NCBI GenBank assembly: GCA_038104845.1
Contig: JAYOBJ010000004.1
Coordinates: 14,129 to 78,128, forward strand
Direction of reading: 5' to 3'
Length of the DNA: 64,000 bases
Origin: Methanobacteriota archaeon
Lineage (GTDB): Archaea > Thermoplasmatota > Poseidoniia > Poseidoniales > Poseidoniaceae
Below, piece by piece: positions 38,813 to 49,691 of the stretch (position 1 is its first letter; each line of letters starts with the position of its first letter). The position numbers were made by a program, and so were the translations under genes. The notes beneath the pieces are model-generated. The model searched no databases. It saw only the letters and a list, made by a program, of their open reading frames with translations, and had not been told where the DNA came from.

Positions 38813-39600
38813 TGCTTCATGAAAACCGGCCCGTTCATCGGCTGCGGGGAGGCAATCGTCGTTTGGAACACGACGCACTGGCCGATGAAACCTTGGTCAG
38901 CATCCTTCAAGCCGACCGCGTTCTGACGCGGTTGCTGGCCTCAGCCGATGACTTGCTTGCCTTGGTCGTTGGCCACATGGACTTGGAACACGGATGTCGA
39001 TTGGATCGGGATGACTTGGCATTGTTGCCACAACCCGATGGTTCGGTGAGCATTGCCATCGATGAAACCATCAACATCCCTTCCAGCGTTGCACGTGCGG
39101 ACATCGTGACCTCCTCTTGCGGTGCGTGCCACCACCCGTCCTTGGCAACGATGGTTGCGGGTCCGACGGCTGCCCTCGAGCCGGCTGAATACGCTAACAT
39201 GGACGATGTTGCCGATGCGTTTGCCATGATGGAGCACCAACAACCCGGTTTTGATGCGACAGGTGGACTTCACGCTGCAATGTTGTGGGCGCCGGATGGC
39301 ACGCACGTGGTGATGGAGGACATTGGGCGGCACAACGCCGTTGACAAAGTGTGGGGTGCATGGCGGCACAAACACGGCGATCGACGGCCGTGCATGCTGC
39401 TGTTGTCGGGCCGCCTCGGGTGGGACATCACGTCCAAAGCGGCTCAAATGGGCGTTTCAACCGTCGCCTGCCGTGGTGCCGCCTCCACGCTCGCGGCAGA
39501 TGTGGCCCGTGCACATGGGCTTCGATTGGTGACCTTTTGGAAAGCCAGCGGGGCCGTGGTGATTGGCCCGTTTGATGGGCCTATTGACGCAAAGGATTGA
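38809..39600 (+). CDS. fdhD: FdhD sulfurtransferase (formate dehydrogenase accessory protein)
   Basis: GRHNAVDKV motif and the catalytic-Cys context SSCGAC. ATGA overlap with the tsr3 stop. Confidence 0.85.
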   Translation: MMLHENRPVHRLRGGNRRLEHDALADETLVSILQADRVLTRLLASADDLLALVVGHMDLEHGCRLDRDDLALLPQPDGSVSIAIDETINIPSSVARADIVTSSCGACHHPSLATMVAGPTAALEPAEYANMDDVADAFAMMEHQQPGFDATGGLHAAMLWAPDGTHVVMEDIGRHNAVDKVWGAWRHKHGDRRPCMLLLSGRLGWDITSKAAQMGVSTVACRGAASTLAADVARAHGLRLVTFWKASGAVVIGPFDGPIDAKD

Positions 39601-41930
39601 GAACGGTTGCGCCGACCCATCGTCAGGATGGACCCATGACGCGCAACGTGAACCCAACAACCCCCCCCGACAACCATCGGCTCCGCCTCGGTGCACCCAA
39701 AGCGAAAGCTGCCGGTGTTGCCGCTGCCGTTTCATCGATGTACCACGGCATCACCAAAATGGGGGTCAACAAAACGGTCAAAACGCTGCTCACGGTGAAC
39801 CAGCATCAAGGCTTTGATTGCCCCGGGTGCGCTTGGCCTGACCCAGACCATCGGACGTCGTTCGAATTTTGCGAAAACGGTGCAAAGGCGGTCGCCGATG
39901 AATCGATGGCTGCACGGGTCGATGCTGCCTTTTTTTCCCGCTATTCTGTTCATGACTTGGCAACATGGTCGGACCATCGCCTGAACCGGGCTGGTCGGTT
40001 GGCACAGCCCATGCATCTCGCCCCGGGTTCCAATCATTATACGCCGATCGGTTGGGACGATGCCCTGGATTTAATCGCCGACCGTTTGACCTCCGTGGCT
40101 GCGTCCGAACGCGCCGTCTTCTACACCTCGGGTCGCACCAGCAACGAGGCGGCGTTTCTGTACCAAGCGATGGTGCGCGGGCTTGGAACCAACAACTTGC
40201 CCGATTGTTCAAACATGTGTCACGAGTCAAGCGGGAAGGGCTTGGGTCAAACCATTGGGATTGGGAAGGGAACGGTCAGCCTTGACGACTTCAATCACGC
40301 AGACCTGATCATGGTGATAGGACAAAACCCGGGTACGAACCACCCTCGAATGTTGACGGCCTTGAGGGATGCCAAGCATCGCGGTGCTCGGATTCTCCAT
40401 GTCAATCCACTCCCCGAAGCCGGTCTGATGGCGTTCAAGCATCCTCAGGACTACATGAAAGCTAAGTTTGCATCCACCACGCTCGCCGATCTGCACCTTC
40501 CGGTACGCATTGGCGGTGACGCTGCCCTCCTCAAGGGACTGATGAAGATCATGCTGCGCGACGGTTCACTCGATACGGGCTTCATTGAATCCATGACCAC
40601 AGGGTTTGAGGCGCTGGCCGATTCGTTGGTGAATGAAGACTGGACTGTTTTGGAGCGTGAGTCCGGTCTTTCCCGTCAGCAAATGGAAGATGCCGGCCGT
40701 TTGGTCGTGGAATCCAAAGCCACCATCGCCTGTTGGGCGATGGGCCTGACTCAACACCGCAACGGGGTCGCCGTCATTCAAGAAGTGGTGAATTTGCTGC
40801 TGATGGGTGGACATGTGGGTCGACCAGGGGCAGGATTTTGTCCTGTTCGTGGCCATTCAAACGTCCAAGGCGACCGCACGGTCGGCATCTGGGAAGCGCC
40901 TTCAGAAGCGTTCCTCCAACGTATGGAAGAGGGGCTTGGATTTACCATGCCCACCGCCCACGGGTACGACGTCGTGGGCTCAATCGAAGCGATGCTCAAC
41001 AACGATGTCGACGTGTTCGTGTGCATGGGAGGAAACTTCCTTTCGGCCACACCCGACACGAAACTCACTGCCACGGGACTTCAAAGGGTGGGCCTCACGG
41101 TTCAAATCTCCACCAAATTGAACCGGTCCCATCTGGTGACAGGCCAAGAAGCGTTGATCCTTCCTTGTTTGGGACGGACCGAGTTGGATGTGCAATCCCA
41201 AGGCGAGCAGTTTGTGACCGTGGAGAACTCCATGGGCATCGTTCACACCTCTGTGGGCGGTCTACGGCCTGCCTCCCCCCACCTCAAAAGCGAGCCGTGG
41301 ATCGTGGCCCAAATCGCTCACCGCTGCCTTCCCGAATCCCCTCTTCCATGGCTGGAGCTTGTGGGCAATTACGACCGGATACGCGATTTGATGTCCGTGA
41401 GCTTGGTTGGTTTTGACCAATACAACGAGCGGGTTCGTTTGCCCAACGGCTTTGCACTCCCCAACACCCCGCGTGACCAACGGCGTTTTGACACACCCGA
41501 TGGGAAGGCACGCTTCACGGTTCACCCACGCCCCGACCTCGAGGTTGGTGATGGCCGATACGTCTTGATGACCCTGCGAAGCCACGACCAGTACAACACC
41601 ACCATATACGGTCTGCACGATCGTTATCGAGGCATTCATGGTCACCGTCGTGTGCTCATGATGAACGCCAAGGACATGGTTGAGAGGGGTTGGAAAGCAC
41701 GAACCACCGTGAACATCACCAGTCATTTTCAGGGCGAAGAGCGTCACTCGCACGCATGGTTGCTTGTCCCGTACGAGATCCCTCGCGGCAACCTTGCAGC
41801 GTACTTCCCGGAAGCCAATGAATTGGTGCCGCTTCGATCCACGGCAGCCCTCTCCAACACGCCCACGTCCAAATGGGTGGTTGTTTCTTTGGAAGCAGCC
41901 GGTGGCGCAGCCCACGGAGAAGAAGAATGA
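39597..41930 (+). CDS. molybdopterin oxidoreductase, formate-dehydrogenase-alpha-like (YdeP/TIGR01701-type)
   Basis: N-terminal FDCPGCAWPDP Fe-S/Mo-bisPGD motif, MopB catalytic domains, and C-terminal MopB_CT. GTG start; alternative MTRNVNP at about 39636. Confidence 0.85.
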   Translation: MRTVAPTHRQDGPMTRNVNPTTPPDNHRLRLGAPKAKAAGVAAAVSSMYHGITKMGVNKTVKTLLTVNQHQGFDCPGCAWPDPDHRTSFEFCENGAKAVADESMAARVDAAFFSRYSVHDLATWSDHRLNRAGRLAQPMHLAPGSNHYTPIGWDDALDLIADRLTSVAASERAVFYTSGRTSNEAAFLYQAMVRGLGTNNLPDCSNMCHESSGKGLGQTIGIGKGTVSLDDFNHADLIMVIGQNPGTNHPRMLTALRDAKHRGARILHVNPLPEAGLMAFKHPQDYMKAKFASTTLADLHLPVRIGGDAALLKGLMKIMLRDGSLDTGFIESMTTGFEALADSLVNEDWTVLERESGLSRQQMEDAGRLVVESKATIACWAMGLTQHRNGVAVIQEVVNLLLMGGHVGRPGAGFCPVRGHSNVQGDRTVGIWEAPSEAFLQRMEEGLGFTMPTAHGYDVVGSIEAMLNNDVDVFVCMGGNFLSATPDTKLTATGLQRVGLTVQISTKLNRSHLVTGQEALILPCLGRTELDVQSQGEQFVTVENSMGIVHTSVGGLRPASPHLKSEPWIVAQIAHRCLPESPLPWLELVGNYDRIRDLMSVSLVGFDQYNERVRLPNGFALPNTPRDQRRFDTPDGKARFTVHPRPDLEVGDGRYVLMTLRSHDQYNTTIYGLHDRYRGIHGHRRVLMMNAKDMVERGWKARTTVNITSHFQGEERHSHAWLLVPYEIPRGNLAAYFPEANELVPLRSTAALSNTPTSKWVVVSLEAAGGAAHGEEE

Positions 41931-43180
41931 CGCAAACTTCCTACGTTTCGCTCGTCAGAAACAATGCGTCGTTTCGCAGGCTGTGGCTTGCTGCGGTCGT
42001 CTCCATGCTCGGCGAGTGGTTCAACACCATCGCCCTGTTTTTGCTCATCCTCACCTACACAGAGAGTGAATGGTTGCTGGGTGTGCTGTTCACGGTTCGA
42101 ATGGCTGGTTTTGCTTTGCTCCAGCCCTTCATTGGCATGATGGCTGACCGGTATTCGAGAAAGATGCTGATGGTCGCATCGAACCTCGCACAAGCGGTGC
42201 TCGCTCTGTGCTTCCTCTGGGTGAACGGACCTGAAGACATCGTTTGGATGATCGGCTTGTCAGGCGTGATGATGATTCTGCACGGCGTGTACATGACCGC
42301 TGAGCGCGCTTCCATTCCCAACGTGGTCAGCGAAGCGGATTTGGCAACAGCCAATGCGTTGGATGCAGCATCGTGGTCAACGGCCTTGTGCATTGGAGCC
42401 ATGCTTGGTGGCTTGGTGGTCTCGGCTTGGGGCACCGATGCAGCCTTCATCATCGATTCGATCACCTTCGTGTTCGGTACCGTCCTGCTCGTGAACTTGA
42501 GACTCCCGCAAACCGTGGAAGATGCACCCGAATCGGGTTGGGTCAAAACGGCCTTTGGCAACATCAAGCGTGGGTTTCAACGCATTCGTTCTGAACCGAG
42601 ACTGTACCGCATTGTTTTTGCCAAAGCATCCTGGAACATCGCAGGTGGAGGCCTTGCTGGCGTGTATCTTGTCTTGCTTGGGAACGATGTCGATGGATAC
42701 GGTGCAGCGTTTGGCTTTGGTTTGTTTTTCTTTGCGAGGGGGATCGGCACCGGTATTGGCCCCATCATCGCACGAAATCTGTTCACCGACCAAAGCCGTT
42801 GGCCCACGTTGATTGGGCAACTGATCGTGTGTTCTGGTTTGCTGTACTTCTTGGTTGGATGGTCCGTGGGCGGAGCGCTTTGGGTCACGGTGCTGCTGGT
42901 CATCCTCGCCCACAGCGCCAGCGGTGCCAATTGGGTCCTCTCCACCATCATGGTGCAGCAATGGGTGGAGGACGAAGTTCGCGGTCGGGTCTTTTCTGCA
43001 GACATGTTGGTGCTTTCCGTGGCGTTTTCCATCTCATCGAGTCTTGCTGGGTACTTGATGGAATCCGACACACTGAATGTGCAACAGGGGATCATGGTGT
43101 ATGCGGCCGTGATGATTGTATCCGGTGCTTTGTTCACCTTGTGGCGGCCGGATGTGCGCCGTCATTCCGTTGATGCTTGA
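41927..43180 (+). CDS. MFS transporter
   Basis: 12 predicted TM helices and an MFS loop motif (MADRYSRK). ATG overlaps the oxidoreductase stop. Confidence 0.8.
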   Translation: MTQTSYVSLVRNNASFRRLWLAAVVSMLGEWFNTIALFLLILTYTESEWLLGVLFTVRMAGFALLQPFIGMMADRYSRKMLMVASNLAQAVLALCFLWVNGPEDIVWMIGLSGVMMILHGVYMTAERASIPNVVSEADLATANALDAASWSTALCIGAMLGGLVVSAWGTDAAFIIDSITFVFGTVLLVNLRLPQTVEDAPESGWVKTAFGNIKRGFQRIRSEPRLYRIVFAKASWNIAGGGLAGVYLVLLGNDVDGYGAAFGFGLFFFARGIGTGIGPIIARNLFTDQSRWPTLIGQLIVCSGLLYFLVGWSVGGALWVTVLLVILAHSASGANWVLSTIMVQQWVEDEVRGRVFSADMLVLSVAFSISSSLAGYLMESDTLNVQQGIMVYAAVMIVSGALFTLWRPDVRRHSVDA

Positions 43181-45048
43181 AGGCAACGTTCGTGCGTGCA
43201 CGCAGGCGGCGTGAAGTAACGACGCTCGGCGGGATCAAAGGTGTCGAGTTGGAGGGTTGATGTTGATCCTTCCTGCACGGTGACGATGGCAGAGGTGCTG
43301 GCTGGAAGATAGTCTTCGCCGGTGGAGGCCAGCGACAGGCGGAGCGAGTGCCCCTCCGGGATTTCAGCGTCCAGCGGTAGGAATTCCATTTTGGCGTTGA
43401 TGGTCGCCAACAGGGGCAACCACGTTTGGATGGTGTCCCCTCCACCGTGGTATCTTAAATCCATGATGGCATGTCCAATGTGGATGCAATTGTCGCTTGG
43501 ACTGCAGTCCTCCAGCAGGGCATACAGTTGCCCTCCCACGGCGCTCGTGGTGACGTCAACGTGCAAGCGCGGTACACCGGCCAAATGCATCGTGGATGTG
43601 AGCGGTTCGGATTGCCATGTGGGTCCTGAGGATGCGTCGGGGAGAACGGTCAGCGAACCGTCCACGAGGGTCAATTCACGACCGAGTTCCAACGTTGTCA
43701 CCGATACATCGGCCGGTGGGTAGCGTTCCTCGAGGCGCCAGCTTCCTTGGTTGGATTGAATTTCAATCCATTGTCCAGGTTGCGGTCCAATGTTTTTCAA
43801 ATAATAATCAAACCATTCGAGCAAATCCTGCATCCAGTCAAATCGGACCATTTCAGGGAAGGCTTCACCGCCTCGGCCACCGAGGTCGGAACGGTCGTCC
43901 AGTTGCACCGGTCGGTCCGGATAATCGTGGTCCCATTGTCCAAACAGCCCTTTGGCCTCAATGCCCGCGTCGATGAGAGCGTTCATCGTGGGAACGGCCA
44001 TGTGCGGATCAACGTTCCAGTCGTGCATCCCTTGAATCAGGTAGACGCTGCCTGTGTAATGCTCCAAGACCCTGTCGAGGAAATAACGCTCTTCCCAATA
44101 GGTTCCGGCGACTTCCGAACCAAAGACATAGGCGGACACGCCGGTTCCGGGGCCGAGGATGTAATCCGGGCAGAGGTTTTGATAGTCTTCTTCATCACCG
44201 TCCAACCCGTAACTCCCGTACACGCCGTTGTGCATGATGGGTGCTCGAGCCTCGGCCGAGCCATTGCGCCACATCAACTCCTTCACGCCAATGAGGCCGG
44301 AGATGGGAACGATGGTTTTGAGATGGTCGTGCTCAGAGCCAAACATGGCCGCTTGCCACGGGGTGCTGCCGTCGTACGATTTTCCGATCAAGGCCACCGC
44401 ACCGTTGGACCATGGTTGTTCACCAAGCCAGCGTACGGCTGCATCGTTGCCGAGTTGTTCGGCCGTGCCCATCAGGTCCATGCAATGGTTCGAACGACCC
44501 GTTCCTGCCACCGATACCTGGGCGAATGCATAGCCGTGAGGGAGGAGTTGGTCGATGATCATTTGTCCCAACCAACTGCCGGGGACCTCAATGGTGGGCG
44601 TTTGCACGCTGGGTTCTTGAAAGTAGGGTCCGAATTCAGCGATGACGGGCACGGTGACGCCCTCGGGTACGTTGGGCCGCCAGACGGCAAGGCTGATGAG
44701 ACCGTTCGGAGCAGCACCGCCCTCCTCGATGGGCAACACGTATTCAACGAAGGTGTGTGTTGAATTCCATTCGTTCTCGGTCGGCAGGATGGTGTAGGGC
44801 CCGACTTCCAACGCAACGCCAAATTCTCCAGAGGTCTGGTAAGGCATGTCAGCACGCTCCCAAACGGGAACACGCACACCCCGTGCCTCATCATCGTCGT
44901 CGATCACCGTCAACACGGCGTTGTTGAGGACGGCCGAGGCGAACAAAAAAGCCAGTGCAACCGCCACCGTAGCACCAAGAATGGCATTGAATTCGGTTGA
45001 TGCTTGGCGAAGCGTTGAGCCAGCCGCCCCCTCTTCCACACGGTCCAT
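43162..45048 (-). CDS. S15-family peptidase (Xaa-Pro dipeptidyl-peptidase / CocE-NonD hydrolase) with an N-terminal TM anchor
   Basis: GKSYDG nucleophile motif, alpha/beta-hydrolase domain, and C-terminal beta-sandwich domain. Start at MDRVEEG; the ORF extends to 45114. Confidence 0.75.
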   Translation of the reverse strand: MDRVEEGAAGSTLRQASTEFNAILGATVAVALAFLFASAVLNNAVLTVIDDDDEARGVRVPVWERADMPYQTSGEFGVALEVGPYTILPTENEWNSTHTFVEYVLPIEEGGAAPNGLISLAVWRPNVPEGVTVPVIAEFGPYFQEPSVQTPTIEVPGSWLGQMIIDQLLPHGYAFAQVSVAGTGRSNHCMDLMGTAEQLGNDAAVRWLGEQPWSNGAVALIGKSYDGSTPWQAAMFGSEHDHLKTIVPISGLIGVKELMWRNGSAEARAPIMHNGVYGSYGLDGDEEDYQNLCPDYILGPGTGVSAYVFGSEVAGTYWEERYFLDRVLEHYTGSVYLIQGMHDWNVDPHMAVPTMNALIDAGIEAKGLFGQWDHDYPDRPVQLDDRSDLGGRGGEAFPEMVRFDWMQDLLEWFDYYLKNIGPQPGQWIEIQSNQGSWRLEERYPPADVSVTTLELGRELTLVDGSLTVLPDASSGPTWQSEPLTSTMHLAGVPRLHVDVTTSAVGGQLYALLEDCSPSDNCIHIGHAIMDLRYHGGGDTIQTWLPLLATINAKMEFLPLDAEIPEGHSLRLSLASTGEDYLPASTSAIVTVQEGSTSTLQLDTFDPAERRYFTPPACTHERCLQASTE

Positions 45049-45146
45049 CTGTGCACGCCTAGCGTTCCCGATTTTTGATGTTGTGGACAGAAGGCTCGTG
45101 GGCGGTTGCAACAAGCCTCAAAGGCAACCGTCGTTGAGAAGTGGCC

Positions 45147-47180
45147 ATGGCGGAGGATTGGGGGCCGCTTCGTCAAACCATTCTCGAGGGCATCCCTGAT
45201 TCCCTGCCCCCACGGCAACCTTTGGACCCAAATGTCGACCATGCCCCCGCTCGAAAACAAGTCCTCACGGCCGAAGAAAAACACCTTGCCGTGTGCAATG
45301 CATTGCGTTACTTTCCTCCGGTTCATCATCAACCGTTGTACCCCGAATTCATGGAGGAATTGGAATCCTTCGGGCGCATCTTGATGCGACGTCTTCGGCC
45401 CACAGCGCACCCCATGCGGGCCCATCCCATCGAGGCCTATCCTGCAAAGACCCAGCAAGCTGCTTCCATCATGCTGATGATTCAAAACAACCTTGACCCC
45501 GATGTTGCTCAATTCCCGCATGAATTGATCACGTACGGTGGAAACGGTTCGGTGTTTCAAAATTGGGCGCAGTACCGACTGGCCATGAAATACCTCAGTG
45601 AGATGGGTGAGGACCAAACGTTGGTGATGTATTCAGGTCACCCAATGGGCCTCTTTCCATCGTCACCTGACGCTCCGAGGGTGGTTGTCACCAACGGCAT
45701 GGTGATTCCGAACCACTCATCCCCTGCCGACTACGAACGGATGAACGCACTCGGTGTGACGCAATACGGTCAAATGACAGCAGGGTCCTACATGTACATC
45801 GGACCTCAAGGCATTGTCCATGGCACCACCATTACCCTGTTGAATGCGGCACGCATGCACCTCGGTCTTGACGACGATTCCACCTTGGCCGGCGTGACCT
45901 TCGTCACGAGCGGTTTGGGCGGGATGTCCGGCGCACAAGCCAAAGCTGCAACCATCGCTGGCGCAGCATGCATCATCGCCGAAGCCAACGCCCATGCGGC
46001 TCACAAGCGACATGAACAGGGTTGGTTGACGGATGTCACGGACGATGTTGATGAGGCGATCGATCTCATGATTGAGGCGGCGAGCACCGGTTCAACGATC
46101 TCCATCGGGTACATCGGCAACATCGTTCGACTGTGGGAGCGGTTGGTCGACCGCGAAGTCAAGGTTGACCTCGGAAGCGATCAAACCAGTCTGCACAACC
46201 CGTTTCAAGGCGGCTATTTCCCTGTGGACCGTTCGTTCGAAGAGGCGTCGGTGATGATGTCCTCCGACCCTGAGGGGTTTGAGGATGCCGTGCGAGCCAC
46301 GCTGCGAAGGCACGCAGATGCCATCAACACCATGGTTGAGCAAGGGATGTACTTCTGGGATTACGGCAACGCCTTCCTGCTTGAAGCATCACGCGCAGGT
46401 GCCGATGTGATGGCATCGGACGGCTCGTTCCGATATCCAAGCTACGTTGAAGACATCATGGGGCCGTTGTGCTTTGACTATGGGTTCGGACCCTACCGTT
46501 GGATCTGCACCAGCGGCCTCGCGTCGGATTTGGAAGAAACCGATCGCATTGCCGAATCCATCCTGGTCCAGATGCTCGCTGAAGCACCCAACGAGATTCG
46601 ACGTCAAATTCAAGACAATCTGATTTGGATTCGCCAAGCTGGGCACAATGCACTGGTGGTCGGTAGCCAGGCCCGCATTCTCTACGCCGATGACGAGGGC
46701 CGGCGACGCATCGCACAAGCCATGAACCAAGCCGTTCGGGACGGTCGGCTCCAAGGTCCGGTCGTCTTGGGCCGGGACCATCACGATGTGTCCGGTACAG
46801 ACAGCCCCTATCGAGAAACAGCCAACATTCGTGATGGGTCGATGTACACCGCCGACATGGCCGTGCAAAACGCAATTGGTGATGCGTTTCGGGGTGCCAC
46901 CTGGGTCAGTCTTCACAACGGCGGCGGGGTTGGATGGGGAGAAGTGATCAACGGTGGCTTCGGTTTACTCTTGGACGGCTCCGACGATGCATCTCGGAAA
47001 TTAAACAACATGTTGCACTGGGACGTCAACAACGGCGTGGCCCGTCGCGCCTGGGCTCGCAACCCGGGTGCGGCGTTTGCCATTCGAAGGGCCATGGAGG
47101 CCAACGACCGATTGAAGGTCACCGTGCCCCATCTCGTTGATGAGGGTGTTCTGAACGGTCCGGGGGGGCGTCCGTCGTGA
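45147..47180 (+). CDS. hutU: urocanate hydratase (long, eukaryote-like form)
   Basis: VCNALRYFP...YPEF, NAD-binding GLGGMSGAQ, and overall 676-aa architecture. Confidence 0.9.
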   Translation: MAEDWGPLRQTILEGIPDSLPPRQPLDPNVDHAPARKQVLTAEEKHLAVCNALRYFPPVHHQPLYPEFMEELESFGRILMRRLRPTAHPMRAHPIEAYPAKTQQAASIMLMIQNNLDPDVAQFPHELITYGGNGSVFQNWAQYRLAMKYLSEMGEDQTLVMYSGHPMGLFPSSPDAPRVVVTNGMVIPNHSSPADYERMNALGVTQYGQMTAGSYMYIGPQGIVHGTTITLLNAARMHLGLDDDSTLAGVTFVTSGLGGMSGAQAKAATIAGAACIIAEANAHAAHKRHEQGWLTDVTDDVDEAIDLMIEAASTGSTISIGYIGNIVRLWERLVDREVKVDLGSDQTSLHNPFQGGYFPVDRSFEEASVMMSSDPEGFEDAVRATLRRHADAINTMVEQGMYFWDYGNAFLLEASRAGADVMASDGSFRYPSYVEDIMGPLCFDYGFGPYRWICTSGLASDLEETDRIAESILVQMLAEAPNEIRRQIQDNLIWIRQAGHNALVVGSQARILYADDEGRRRIAQAMNQAVRDGRLQGPVVLGRDHHDVSGTDSPYRETANIRDGSMYTADMAVQNAIGDAFRGATWVSLHNGGGVGWGEVINGGFGLLLDGSDDASRKLNNMLHWDVNNGVARRAWARNPGAAFAIRRAMEANDRLKVTVPHLVDEGVLNGPGGRPS

Positions 47181-48730
47181 CCAACAACACGGTGCACGTC
47201 GACGGTGCAACACTGACCGTGACGGATGTGATGATGGTTGCCCATCGCCGGTCCACCGTTGCCGTTTCTGAAGATGCGTGGCCGAACATCCATGCCGCTC
47301 GGGCCGTCGTCGACCGAATTGTCGCCAACAACGAAACGGTCTACGGCATCAACACTGGCTTTGGAGCGCTGGTGCATCAGCGCATTTCTCCAGACGATCT
47401 TGCCCAACTTCAGATCAACCTGATCCGTTCGCACGCCACCGCCATTGGGCCGGCAATGTCCGTTTCCGAGGTTCGAGCGATGATGTTGATCCGTTTGAAT
47501 TCACTTTGCAAAGGGCATTCGGGTGTCAACCCGAACGCCATCCGGCAATTGGTTTTGTTCCTGAACGAGGGGCTTCACCCAGAAGTTCCACGCATCGGTA
47601 GCCTTGGTGCAAGCGGTGACCTCGCCCCCTTGTCGCATCTCGCGCTGGCGCTGATCGGTGAGGGGCGATTGCTCGGTGATGATGGCGTCACGCGCCCAAC
47701 CAAGGATGTGCTGTTTGAACGCGGCGTCTTGCCGTTGGACTTGACGGCCAAGGACGGCTTGTCCCTCATCAACGGGACCTCACAAATGTCCGCTTACATG
47801 GCAACGTCCGTCGCCCGACTCTCGGAATTGTTGTTGCTGGCCGATGTGGTGTTGGCCATGTCCATGGAGGCACGTCAGTGCAGTCTTGCGCCGTTTCGAG
47901 CGGACGTGCACGACGTCCGCCCCCATCAAGGGCAACAGAAGGTCGCCCAGCGTGTCCGGTTCATGCTTCAGGATTCGCCCATCATGGCCGATCATGCGGA
48001 TTGCGACCGCGTGCAGGACCCGTACTCCTTCCGTTGTGCCCCTCAAGTTCACGGCGCCGTCTACGAATCGTTCCTTGATTTGCAACGAACCATTGACGTG
48101 GAGTTGAACAGCACCACGGACAACCCACTGATTTTCCCGTCACCCGATCGACCTGGTTCACACGAAGTGGTGAGCCAAGGCAATTTCCACGGTGAACTTC
48201 TCGCCACACGCGCTGATCAGATGGCCTTGGCGCTGTTTGAGTTGGCATCCATCAGTGAACGCCGCATGGATCAGATGCTGGATCGTTCCCGAAGCAACCT
48301 CCCTGCTTTTTTGGCCAAGAATTCTGGATTGGAATCTGGATTGATGATCGTTCAGTACGTCGCTGGAGCATCGCTGGCGGAATTGCGCGGTCACGCCTCC
48401 CCACGTTCAGCGTTTTCCACTTCAACCTCTGCGGGTCAGGAAGACCACGTCAGTTTGGGCGCAACGGCGAACCACAACTTACTGGTGGCGACCGAGCGGT
48501 TGGCTGAAGTGTTGGCATGCGAGGCACGCATCGCATCGGAAGCGCTGACCCACCAACCCATTCAACCGGTGGGCCATGTTGCAGGATTGCTCGACTTGGT
48601 GCGTGCACGCGCCCCCCCACTGGACGGCGACCGCAGCACTTCGGACGAACTCATCGCCATCGCTCAATCCATGATGGATGGTGGATGGCTTGCTCGCCTC
48701 GAAGCTGAGCACGGCCGCCTAGCTCGATGA
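47177..48730 (+). CDS. hutH: histidine ammonia-lyase
   Basis: MIO-forming GSLGASGDLAPLSH motif. GTG start overlaps the hutU stop. Confidence 0.9.
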   Translation: MTNNTVHVDGATLTVTDVMMVAHRRSTVAVSEDAWPNIHAARAVVDRIVANNETVYGINTGFGALVHQRISPDDLAQLQINLIRSHATAIGPAMSVSEVRAMMLIRLNSLCKGHSGVNPNAIRQLVLFLNEGLHPEVPRIGSLGASGDLAPLSHLALALIGEGRLLGDDGVTRPTKDVLFERGVLPLDLTAKDGLSLINGTSQMSAYMATSVARLSELLLLADVVLAMSMEARQCSLAPFRADVHDVRPHQGQQKVAQRVRFMLQDSPIMADHADCDRVQDPYSFRCAPQVHGAVYESFLDLQRTIDVELNSTTDNPLIFPSPDRPGSHEVVSQGNFHGELLATRADQMALALFELASISERRMDQMLDRSRSNLPAFLAKNSGLESGLMIVQYVAGASLAELRGHASPRSAFSTSTSAGQEDHVSLGATANHNLLVATERLAEVLACEARIASEALTHQPIQPVGHVAGLLDLVRARAPPLDGDRSTSDELIAIAQSMMDGGWLARLEAEHGRLAR

Positions 48731-49591
48731 CGTTCGGGCAAGGACGATGGACGACGTCGCTTCCACATCGACGAGGTTGAACAACCGGTACGACCACCGT
48801 TCCAATTCCGCCACGGAAAACAAATCTGTCGAGCCGTGCATTTGAAGCAACGCTTCGGTGGCCACCCGAATGCGTTGCTCAACCGTGCTGTACAATGCAT
48901 AGGCGTCGCCGTCATTGCTCATGTTCAAGGCCGGTTCAAGTTCACTCAAATCAAACCCCATACGACGCCATTGCAACATGCGCTTGGACAACAAATTACG
49001 GTGGAAACCAACGCTCGGAAGGGACACGAGTTGAGCCAAGACCGGGGGCTGCGGTTCGGCCGAGGGGGCGTCCGTATTCTCGCTCGGCGGGGTGACTGTG
49101 TTGGCGTTGGTGCCGTCATCCGGCACGGCATCATCCGTTGCCGCTGAGGCCAGCAGCGGTGAGAGGCGCATCCAAACATTGGAGGGGAAGGTCAACGGAT
49201 CAAGCACCATGTGAACGGACAGCTGGTGTTCGTGGCTGAGGTCGGTGAGCCAGGCCAGCAGTGCAAACACCGGAACTGGACCCGCCTCGTCGAAGACAGC
49301 ATCCAATCCCTCGATGATGACCACACCCCCTGGGTGTTCGGCCGCCCATGACCCAACCGCAGTTTGGATCGCATCCACGGACGGCCGAATTGAGTCGTTG
49401 GTGTCCATGTAGGCCATCCACCGGAAGGTGGTCTTGTGTGGACTCAAATGCCGCAACAGTCTCCGAGCGGGTGAACGGCTGACGATCAACCGTGAGCGGC
49501 CGTCTTCAACGGACAAGCTGTCGTAGGTCAACATCAAGTCGTCAAAGGGGGTGATGTGAAGGGCGTGCAACGTACCTGCCCCCACCACCAT
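48719..49591 (-). CDS. DUF835-like domain protein
   Basis: DGRSRLIVSRSPARRL...FRWMAY...GGVVIIEGLDAVF...MVLDP resembles DUF835; followed by a Thr/Pro/Asp-rich linker and a C-terminal helical domain. Confidence 0.5.
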   Translation of the reverse strand: MVVGAGTLHALHITPFDDLMLTYDSLSVEDGRSRLIVSRSPARRLLRHLSPHKTTFRWMAYMDTNDSIRPSVDAIQTAVGSWAAEHPGGVVIIEGLDAVFDEAGPVPVFALLAWLTDLSHEHQLSVHMVLDPLTFPSNVWMRLSPLLASAATDDAVPDDGTNANTVTPPSENTDAPSAEPQPPVLAQLVSLPSVGFHRNLLSKRMLQWRRMGFDLSELEPALNMSNDGDAYALYSTVEQRIRVATEALLQMHGSTDLFSVAELERWSYRLFNLVDVEATSSIVLARTSSS

Positions 49592-49691
49592 GGTTCCCGT
49601 TGGACTCCACCGTCTAAAGAAATACCTCCAACAATACCACGCCCGTCAAGAATTATATCCGAAGTGGTCCTCCTCACCATTGGGTGGTCCA

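Noticed and set aside
43747-44763. 338-aa plus-strand ORF within the S15 peptidase gene
   Set aside because: Antisense to the frame containing the GKSYDG catalytic motif.
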